A program made the translations under genes and the position numbers. Positions 55,918 to 63,209 of a stretch of DNA of 64,000 bases are shown here, piece by piece. A model generated the notes under the pieces. That model worked only from the letters and a program-made list of their open reading frames with translations, ran no database searches and was not told the origin of the DNA. Position 1 is the first letter of the stretch. Each line of letters begins with the position of its first letter. Origin of the DNA: Spirochaetales bacterium (lineage in GTDB: Bacteria; Spirochaetota; Spirochaetia; JABMQR01); the NCBI GenBank assembly GCA_018399255.1, contig JAGYPA010000006.1, positions 12,529 through 76,528 on the forward strand. The letters are read 5' to 3'.

Positions 55918-56600
55918 CTATTGAAACAGGCCTTCATCAAACATTTTCAGATCATGGTGGAGACCATGCTGAATGTGTTTGTGCATCGCCTCCTGGGCCC
56001 TGCAGGTATCACGTGAAATAATTGCCTCGGCCAGTGAGCGATGCCAGTATTCCCAATTGTCCACTTCCCTCGCCCAGGTGCTTTTTGCGCTCTGGTAAAG
56101 CAGGCTTCGCAGCCCAAGCCGCTCCAGCTCTTTCTTCAGCTGCTCGTTGCCGGTACTCTCCGCCATAAACAGATGCAGTTCCCGGTGCCGGGCAGCGAAC
56201 CGCTCAATGCTGTTTTCTCCTGTCGTCTGGATCAGGTCGCACTCTTCGGCTTTGGCAAAAATCCTGGTCATCTGTTCTTCGGCAGCTGTTTTAGCCAGAA
56301 GATAGGCAACCATCACTTCCAGCGCTTCCCGGATGCCGTACAGATTGATAATCCGTTCCCGGGTTTCAATGGGGATACGATAGCCCCAGCGGGGTATGGA
56401 CTCCAGCAGATGCTCAAATTCGAGCCGCTTCAGCGCTTCCCGGACCGATATTATGGATGTTTCAGAGAGTTCTGCCAGCATCCGCTGGGAGAGAAACTCT
56501 CCTTTGGGCAGCTTATTTTCCAAAATGGACTGGAGAATTTTACGGTAGGCTATCTCTGCGCTCGTTTTGCTCGACAGTATGTCTGTATCCTCCCGCCCAT
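55918..56600 (-). CDS. GntR-family (FadR/FCD subtype) transcriptional regulator, start region ambiguous
   Basis: The track ORF starts at TTG 56523, which would truncate the wHTH (AEIAYRKILQSILENKLPKGEFLSQRMLAELSETSIISVREALKRLE). The frame stays open upstream but has no canonical start. The nearest ATG (56600, just after a G8 run) is in the +1 frame, implying an indel near 56565-56595. Confidence 0.75.
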
Positions 56601-56624
56601 CCCCCCCCGATAAGGGCTTGCTGA

Positions 56625-56652
56625 CGTTATAGCTGTTATAACAGCTATAACG
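56625..56652. promoter_or_regulatory. perfect 28-bp palindrome CGTTATAGCTGTTATAACAGCTATAACG, candidate GntR operator
   Basis: Self-complementary over all 28 nt. It abuts the -10 box of the predicted promoter of the GntR-headed operon. Confidence 0.6.
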
Positions 56653-56680
56653 ATTATAACACAGGTGAGAACTGAGTCAA
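56653..56680 (-). promoter_or_regulatory. sigma70-type promoter (TTGACT - 16 nt - TATAAT)
   Basis: Minus-strand -35 TTGACT at 56680-56675 and -10 TATAAT at 56658-53, read directly. Confidence 0.6.
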
Positions 56681-56959
56681 CCAATTCTGTTAATAATCGA
56701 ACGAATAATCGACGAACCAAAAATGTACGGACATACTGTTAAGTCGAACGACTGGAAATTTTAATGGCGCAAATGTCTTTTCAGGAAAAAGATATGTCCC
56801 CGGGAATCAAGGGGCGATCTGAACGCCTAACTCTCGACAATAATGAATCAGCGACGTGTATTCTGATTCTGCTATCACTCTGAGGATCCCGATATCAAGC
56901 CGCTGATATTCATGAATTGCAAGAGGCTCTTGCAAAAAGCAAGAGCGACGTTTTGGTTA

Positions 56960-57023
56960 GAAGTTTGCGTTTCAAATAATTAATTATTATATAATTAATT
57001 ATTTGAATATGTAGGCAAACTTC
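56960..57023. promoter_or_regulatory. 64-nt AT-rich imperfect palindrome
   Basis: GAAGTTTGC/GCAAACTTC outer arms and TTCAAATAATTAATTA/TAATTAATTATTTGAA inner arms surround a TTATA centre. Confidence 0.5.
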
Positions 57024-57029
57024 AAAAGT

Positions 57030-57061
57030 CAATTTCAAAAATGCGAAGCATTTTGAAATTG
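57030..57061 (+). promoter_or_regulatory. leader hairpin (14-bp stem, GAA loop) just upstream of the RBS
   Basis: CAATTTCAAAAATGC-gaa-GCATTTTGAAATTG ends 3 nt before the AGGAG box (57066-57070), which precedes the ATGs at 57074 and 57080. Confidence 0.5.
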
Positions 57062-57079
57062 GTTCAGGAGATTATGGGA

Positions 57080-58162
57080 ATGTCATATATTGAACTGACA
57101 GAAATTGATGCCGGGTATACCAAAGGTCTCCCGATTCTGAAGGACTTTCATCTCAAGGTGGAACAGGGGGAGCTTGTCTCTTTGCTCGGCCCCAGCGGCT
57201 GTGGTAAAACGACTACGTTGCGAACAATTGCCGGCTTTATTATGGCGGAGAAGGGTAAAGTTGTCGTCGGCGGCAAGGACTACACCCGGCTGCCCCCCAA
57301 CAAACGCAATGTGGGGCTGGTATTTCAGAATTACGCGCTGTTTCCTCATTTGAATGTGTTTGATAATGTTGCCTATGGTTTGCGTCGGCGAAAGGTGCCA
57401 AAAAGTGATATTCCCAAAAAGGTCGGGGATGTGCTGAAGCTTGTTTCCCTGTCAGGATACGAAAAACGGCTGCCGGCCCAGCTTTCCGGCGGACAGCGGC
57501 AGCGGGTTGCCCTGGCTCGATCGATAGTCATACAGCCGGATCTGCTGCTGCTCGATGAGCCGCTGAGCAATCTTGATGCAAAGCTGCGGGAGGAGATGCG
57601 GGCTGAGCTGAGCCGGCTGCAGCATCAGATTGGAATAACCATGATCTATGTGACGCACGATCAGATAGAGGCACTGAGTCTCTCTTCCCGGATTGTTGTT
57701 ATGAATGAGGGCAATATTGAACAGATCGGTCCGCCAGAGGATATCTATGAGCGTCCGGCAACCCCGTTTGTTGCCCGTTTTGTAGGGTTTGATAATCACA
57801 TTAAGGGGACTCTCAGCAGCAGGGCCGAGGGAAAAACCGTGGTGGATGTACAGGGACGGAAACTGGTCAGCACCCGGGCTCTGTCGGATTCGGTGAAGGC
57901 GCTTAACCCGGGGGACCCTGTTGAAGTTTTCTTTCGACCGGATGATACAGTTCTGCATGATACCGTTTCAGATGGTCCGGAATCGTCAAATGCTTTGCCG
58001 GCAGCAATCAACTTCACAAATTACCAGGGATACACCACCGGATACTCGCTCAATGCCGGCGGAACAGCTATCCGGGCCGTTGTTCCCGGAAAACCCCGCA
58101 AGGATACCGGCAGGCTGTATGTTTCGATAGCGCCTGACAAACTGATCGTGGAAAAGGGCTGA
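57080..58162 (+). CDS. ABC transporter ATP-binding protein (PotA/UgpC-like), no cognate permease nearby
   Basis: Track ORF 57041-58162. The likely start is ATG 57074 or 57080, after AGGAG. Walker [27 protein letters not shown]. Confidence 0.88.
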   Translation: MSYIELTEIDAGYTKGLPILKDFHLKVEQGELVSLLGPSGCGKTTTLRTIAGFIMAEKGKVVVGGKDYTRLPPNKRNVGLVFQNYALFPHLNVFDNVAYGLRRRKVPKSDIPKKVGDVLKLVSLSGYEKRLPAQLSGGQRQRVALARSIVIQPDLLLLDEPLSNLDAKLREEMRAELSRLQHQIGITMIYVTHDQIEALSLSSRIVVMNEGNIEQIGPPEDIYERPATPFVARFVGFDNHIKGTLSSRAEGKTVVDVQGRKLVSTRALSDSVKALNPGDPVEVFFRPDDTVLHDTVSDGPESSNALPAAINFTNYQGYTTGYSLNAGGTAIRAVVPGKPRKDTGRLYVSIAPDKLIVEKG

Positions 58163-58252
58163 AACCCGATGGAAATCAACCTGCCCGGCGGAAACGTACA
58201 GCCTGCGGAAACGTACAGCCCGACGGAAATGACAGAAGGAGACTCAGTAACT

Positions 58253-59005
58253 ATGAACACCAGCCAGGAAGTATTGAAGCATATCCGATGCAGAATTGGA
58301 GATGTTGCCCCCTATGTAATCATACCCGGAGATCCGGGCCGGGTTAAGCGGATAGTGGAGCAGATGGATGAGGCCGAATTTATTGCAGAAAACCGTGAAT
58401 ATATTGTCTATACCGGCTCATACCGGGGAGTACCCATTACCGTATGCTCATCCGGCATCGGCGGACCGGCTGCCTCGATAGCATTTGAGGAACTGATCAA
58501 GCTCGGTGCTAAAGTTTTTATCCGGGTCGGGTCAGCTGGAGGCAGGCAGAAGACAACTCCTATCGGAACTCCCGTCGTAATCCAGGCCTCCTATCGGGGA
58601 GAAGGAACCTCCCAGGCGTATCTGCCGCTGCCCTTTCCCGCAGTTGCCGATCTGGATGTCACAAATGCCCTGGTGCAGGCCTTGCAGGAGACCGGTGAGG
58701 AGTACCAGGTCGGGATCGGATTTACCCGGGATGCCTATTATGCCCAGGATCAGCAGCTGAATGTCCTCCTGACCGAAAACGGCGTAAAGGCGGCAGAACA
58801 GGAGGCTGCGGTTCTGTTCATTGTGGGAACCGTGAGGGGAGTGAAAACCGGAGCCATAGTATCTACTGATTCAAACATATGGTTGGATGCACAGCCCACG
58901 CTGGCTGAAAAGGAAGAGCTTTTCTACAAAGGAGAAAAGAAGGCGATCCGGGCCGCTCTAGACGGGGCGCTGATACTCTATCGGCAGCGGGCTCATGAAT
59001 TCTGA
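58253..59005 (+). CDS. nucleoside phosphorylase (PNP_UDP_1 family, uridine/purine type)
   Basis: Track ORF 58169-59005. The start is set at ATG 58253 after GAAGGAG. VIIPGDPGRVKRI and VCSSGIGGPAASIAFEELIKLGAKVFIRVGSAGG are family hallmarks. Confidence 0.82.
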   Translation: MNTSQEVLKHIRCRIGDVAPYVIIPGDPGRVKRIVEQMDEAEFIAENREYIVYTGSYRGVPITVCSSGIGGPAASIAFEELIKLGAKVFIRVGSAGGRQKTTPIGTPVVIQASYRGEGTSQAYLPLPFPAVADLDVTNALVQALQETGEEYQVGIGFTRDAYYAQDQQLNVLLTENGVKAAEQEAAVLFIVGTVRGVKTGAIVSTDSNIWLDAQPTLAEKEELFYKGEKKAIRAALDGALILYRQRAHEF

Positions 59006-60173
59006 GAGCGCTATGCATTCTTCCGATAACGGCGGATGTTCACTTTTTGATCCGGACCGGCTGCACGATCGGGTACGGAAACTTTGTCGGATAGCTGCCC
59101 CCTCCGGTGCTGAGGGACCTATGCTGGCATTGATAGAGGCCTATGCTGCCGATAATGCCAGTTCCGGCTGCAGGCTTATGCGGCTGGAAAAGGGGGATAT
59201 CTGCAATCTGCTGCTGCGGATTCCGGGAGCCGGTTCAGCGACCTCGGGCGGCGAACCCCTGCTGATCTCAGCGCACCTCGACACCGTTCCGCTTCCTCAG
59301 GGAGTTACTTCGGTTGAGCTTCATGAAAAGGATGGAATACTCCGCAGTAACAGAAGCACGATACTCGGGGGAGATGACCGGGCCGGCGCAGCCCTGGCCC
59401 TGGAGATGGCTGATCTGGCACTTGCGAATCCTGAACGGCACGGCGGCTTGGAAGTGCTGTTCACTGTCCGCGAAGAGGTTGGCTGTGCAGGTTCGGCAAT
59501 CCTGCGGAAAGACGATTTTATTGCAGCTTACGGCTTCAATCTGGATGGTGAATCCGAACCGGGATCGGCTATTGTCCGGGCACCGCGCAAGGCCCGATTT
59601 ATCTGTCGTATAACCGGCAGAACGGCTCACGCCGCACTTGCTCCGGAGGAGGGTGTTCACGCTCTGGTTATCGCCGGCAGTATTCTGACATCGCTGCCCA
59701 TGGGAAAAGTGAATGCTGATACGACGGTCAATATCGGGGCAGTGTCAGGCGGCGGCTCAACAAATGTTGTGCCTGATTCGGCCCTGCTTACGGGAGAAAT
59801 GAGAAGCTTTTCTGAGGCATCGTTCAGCAAAATACAGCAGGAAATTGATGAAACGTGTCAAGCGGCAGCTTCTGCACGGGGAGGGACGGCCGTTGTGCAG
59901 TGGGAGGATGTATATCCCGGGTATACCCTCGATAGTGAGCGTCCCGTGGTGCGTGCGTTTTCATCAGCCTGTCGCCGTTTGTATCTGGTTCCCAAGCTGC
60001 TTTCTTCCCGGGGGGGCGGTGATACCAATAATCTCAATGCAATAGGCATCGATAATATTGTTTTCGGGATAGGTATGCACAATATTCACTCGACCGGGGA
60101 GTATCTCGTATTCGATGAACTCGATACTGCGGCGGCTCTGCTGGAGGCGCTCATTTTCATTCCGCGGGAGTAA
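58995..60173 (+). CDS. M20-family metallopeptidase (PepT/tripeptidase-like)
   Basis: 392-aa ORF with ISAHLDTVP, GGDDRAGAA and FTVREEVG metal-ligand blocks. Confidence 0.82.
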   Translation: MNSESAMHSSDNGGCSLFDPDRLHDRVRKLCRIAAPSGAEGPMLALIEAYAADNASSGCRLMRLEKGDICNLLLRIPGAGSATSGGEPLLISAHLDTVPLPQGVTSVELHEKDGILRSNRSTILGGDDRAGAALALEMADLALANPERHGGLEVLFTVREEVGCAGSAILRKDDFIAAYGFNLDGESEPGSAIVRAPRKARFICRITGRTAHAALAPEEGVHALVIAGSILTSLPMGKVNADTTVNIGAVSGGGSTNVVPDSALLTGEMRSFSEASFSKIQQEIDETCQAAASARGGTAVVQWEDVYPGYTLDSERPVVRAFSSACRRLYLVPKLLSSRGGGDTNNLNAIGIDNIVFGIGMHNIHSTGEYLVFDELDTAAALLEALIFIPRE

Positions 60174-61398
60174 AACCTTCAGCTATTCTTGCGGTAATAC
60201 GAGTGCAGGATGCCCGGATTTCTTCCCTGTCAAGGGTCTTCAGTTCTCTCTTTTTCATCACGAACTTGCCCGCTGCAAGCACACTCTCAATATCATTGCT
60301 GTCTGCACAGTACACAATGGCTGCATAGGGGTCGTATATCGGAAACATCGACAGTGATTCGGTGGAGATTATGACCATATCTGCCTGTTTGCCTTTCTCC
60401 AGGGAGCCTATGTGCTGTTCCAAGTGGAGTGCCTCAGCCCCTCCAATGGTGGCCATGGCAAGGATTTCTGCCGGTTTCATGACCGTGGGGTCACCGAGGC
60501 GGACCTTCTGCATTTTTGCAGTGATATTGAGCTGACTGACGATGTCCATCCTGTTGCCGCTCATCGGACCGTCCGTTCCCAAACCGATTCTGGCTCCATC
60601 CCGGTAAAACTCATATGCAGGCGCGATGCCTTTTCCGCTTTTGCTGTTTGCGCTTGGATTGTGGGCAATGCCCGTCTCCCTTTCTCTCAGCAGGGCACGG
60701 TCCTCGGCGTTTGCAAAAATACAGTGGGCCATTGTCGCCCGGCGGCTGAGTATTCCCAGTGAATCGTAGTAGGGAATCGGTCTGAGGCCGGTTTGCCTGA
60801 CAATTAGCTCTTCCTCAAACGGCATTTCTGCCAGGTGACTCTGGATGGGGATATCCAGCTTTTGTGCAAGCCTGACGGTTTCCCGCAGTTCAGCGGCGGT
60901 AAGGGAGTAGGGAGCATGTGGTCCTGCTGCCGGTATAATTCCTGGATGGCCGGAATACTCTGCAGTGAGTGCTTTCAGTCGCGCGGTTCCTTCGGCAAAG
61001 GTCTTGGCATCCGGTGCAGGGGCTGATGACAGGGCTTGAGCGAGCACTCCGCGTATTCCGGACTCAGCGACCGCCCTGGCAGTCATGTGCTGAAAATAAT
61101 ACATATCGGCAATGGTGGTCGTTCCTCCGCTTATCATCTCGGTGAGGCTATGGCGTGATGCCTGATAGACCAGTTCCGGGGTGACAAAGTGCTTTTCGAG
61201 GGGGAAGATGTATTTTTGCAGCCTCTGCGGCATATCATCACCGAGGGTGCGGAAAAGCGACATGCCTATATGGGTGTGGGTATTGATTAATCCCGGAATG
61301 ATGATTTTCCCGCTGGCGTCAATGATCTCGATCAGCTGCGCTGAAGCCTGCAGGGTGTCAATCAGGGTATCCAGCAGCGTGGGATCGAATTGTTCCAC
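60157..61398 (-). CDS. amidohydrolase, nucleoside/nucleobase deaminase-like (MtaD/SsnA-type), 5' end frameshifted
   Basis: 413-aa ORF with PGLINTHTHIGMS. The expected N-terminal beta-sandwich (MGRTKGQSIRLPEIDIAVIHGTTFAS / VIGDGIISLAAAG) lies upstream in two other frames, starting from ATG 61538. Confidence 0.8.
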   Translation of the reverse strand: MEQFDPTLLDTLIDTLQASAQLIEIIDASGKIIIPGLINTHTHIGMSLFRTLGDDMPQRLQKYIFPLEKHFVTPELVYQASRHSLTEMISGGTTTIADMYYFQHMTARAVAESGIRGVLAQALSSAPAPDAKTFAEGTARLKALTAEYSGHPGIIPAAGPHAPYSLTAAELRETVRLAQKLDIPIQSHLAEMPFEEELIVRQTGLRPIPYYDSLGILSRRATMAHCIFANAEDRALLRERETGIAHNPSANSKSGKGIAPAYEFYRDGARIGLGTDGPMSGNRMDIVSQLNITAKMQKVRLGDPTVMKPAEILAMATIGGAEALHLEQHIGSLEKGKQADMVIISTESLSMFPIYDPYAAIVYCADSNDIESVLAAGKFVMKKRELKTLDREEIRASCTRITARIAEGFTPAE

Positions 61399-61584
61399 GG
61401 CAATTAGCCGGCCGCCGCCAATGAAATTATCCCGTCACCAATCACCTTCGCGATGCATCATGAAGCGAAAGTAGTTCCGTGGATGACAGCGATATCTATT
61501 TCGGGAAGCCTGATTGACTGTCCCTTTGTGCGTCCCATTGCCTGTCTCATTGTGTGTCCCGTTCCTTTGAGTGCCCGGCATAAA

Positions 61585-61809
61585 AGTGTCTGACACCGAA
61601 AAAAGTGTCTGACACCGTATTGTGACATAAATTGATATATTTGTCAGGGGACTGGGGGGGACTTGCAGGGTGTCTGACACCGGATCCCTTGACACCGGAT
61701 CCCTCAAAAAAACTGTGGGAAATTACGGAATCCGTCGCTGGGCACCATCAGATCTGCAAAATCCGGTGTCAGACACCCTTTAATCGCCTTTAAATCGGTA
61801 TCAGACACC
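61585..61809. repeat. cluster of GTGTCWGACACC palindromes (4 full copies plus half-sites)
   Basis: Full copies at 61585-61597, 61604-61616, 61668-61680 and 61765-61777. Partial copies at 61690-61698 and 61796-61809. Confidence 0.85.
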
Positions 61810-61905
61810 TTTTTATCCCTCCTATGGATCCCTTTTAATCTTGACATACTTCGTCAATGAGTATATACGTATATAATAAGTATATATTTAAAGGATGCAG
61901 TATAT

Positions 61906-62175
61906 ATGCCGTTATATATCAAAAACGAGAAAGCCGAGATGCTGGCCCGGGAGGTTGCCGATCGCTATGGTGTCTCTATGACCGAAGCGGTAATCAACGC
62001 GTTGGAAGAGAAACTTGCCCGAAAGCAGTACAACCCTGATACAGATATGTCTGATTCCGCCCGTCTGGCCGGAAAGCTGATGGAGACAGGAATGCATTGT
62101 GCTTCTCTGCCGGATCTTGATACCCGTACTGCCGATGAGATTATCGGTTATGGTCCGGAAGGAGTACCGTCGTGA
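61906..62175 (+). CDS. vapB: type II antitoxin, VapB (Rv0623-like) family
   Basis: 89-aa ORF. MPLYIKNEKAEMLAREVADRYGVSMTEAVINALEEKL matches the family pattern. It has a 4-nt GTGA overlap with the toxin gene. Confidence 0.8.
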   Translation: MPLYIKNEKAEMLAREVADRYGVSMTEAVINALEEKLARKQYNPDTDMSDSARLAGKLMETGMHCASLPDLDTRTADEIIGYGPEGVPS

Positions 62176-62621
62176 TAGTTGACACGTCTGCCCTCCTGGC
62201 TGTTCTCTTTCAGGAGCCGGATGCCGCATGGTTTGCTGGCGAACTGGCAGGAGCCGAGCGGCTCTTTATCTCCCCGGTAAATGTGCTTGAAGCGGATATC
62301 GTCATATTTGCCCGCAAAGGGGAAGCCGGCAGACGGGAGTGGGAGCTATTGAGACTTCAAGCAGGAATAGAGAGTATTCCCTTTACTGAAGCTATGGAGG
62401 AGACAGCCGCAGCCCTCTGGCGAAAATTCGGTAAGGGAAGGCCTGCGAGGCTGAATATGGGTGATTGCTGCGCGGCAGCCCTTGCACAAACTACAGGACT
62501 CCCCCTTCTGACAAAGGATTCAGGTTTAGCTGCAGCAGCTGCGCACGGAGGCGAGTTTTCAGTACGGATGCCGACAGCGGAGGCTTCGACTTACATAGAA
62601 GCAAGGAGAACCGATAACTAA
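62172..62621 (+). CDS. vapC: PIN-domain ribonuclease toxin
   Basis: 149-aa ORF with a GTG start. MIVDTSALLAVL (first acidic residue), EADIV and GDCCAAALA are PIN signature positions. Confidence 0.85.
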   Translation: MIVDTSALLAVLFQEPDAAWFAGELAGAERLFISPVNVLEADIVIFARKGEAGRREWELLRLQAGIESIPFTEAMEETAAALWRKFGKGRPARLNMGDCCAAALAQTTGLPLLTKDSGLAAAAAHGGEFSVRMPTAEASTYIEARRTDN

Positions 62622-63209
62622 GGGAAAACGACAGCCAAAAGGGGAACCTCCCAGCTGATGGAGAACCGATAGCCAAGGAGAACCGATAACTGACTTGAAG
62701 CAAACGTCTCCCTCAATAAACGATCCTTCCTCAATAGTTGATAAAAGACTGCGCCATGATCACCCTCAGCTTTTTTCTGAACGATGAATGGCACAGAAGT
62801 ATTCCCGTTTGCCTTGCAGGACCCTGGATCGTCGGCCGCCTCCGCTCCATTCTATCCCTATAGGAAAAGTCGTAGTCATAATCGTTATCGCCGCAGTATG
62901 CGAGTTCTTCCCCGATCGAACCATCCTCAATGCCCTCTGCACGTTCGCGGATTGCTTTCCTGAGGGCTTCAATAGCTTCGAGAAGAGTTTTCAGGGGTAC
63001 GGTATCCACTCGGGAATGCCGCTAGCCAAGGTCAAGTTCTTGACCCGGGTTTTGATACCTTTTATTGATCCTAAGAAAAAATCAATTTTTTTCTTTTTTT
63101 TTCAGAAATTTGAATATTTTCTCCTTTTTTTTCAGTCTTTATTAGTAGTGAGCAGAAAAAAATCACTGCCCCGAATTCTGCATCGATACGATTCGTCAGG
63201 GAGAAAGAC

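Noticed and set aside
56764-56979. Possible ribbon-helix-helix-like small gene (MAQMSFQEKDM...RLTL...*...ADIHELQEALAKSKSDVLVRSLRFK)
   Set aside because: It is interrupted by an in-frame TGA at 56881. The spacing between the putative beta-strand and the helices is wrong for RHH proteins. The 3' end runs into the AT-rich palindrome. At best it is a decayed relic.
62731-63009. 92-aa minus-strand ORF (MDTVPLKTLLEAIEALRKAIRERAEGIEDG...)
   Set aside because: Only the first ~40 residues look protein-like. The rest is R/S/C-rich and it has no RBS or recognisable family. I left it unannotated rather than call it a hypothetical gene.
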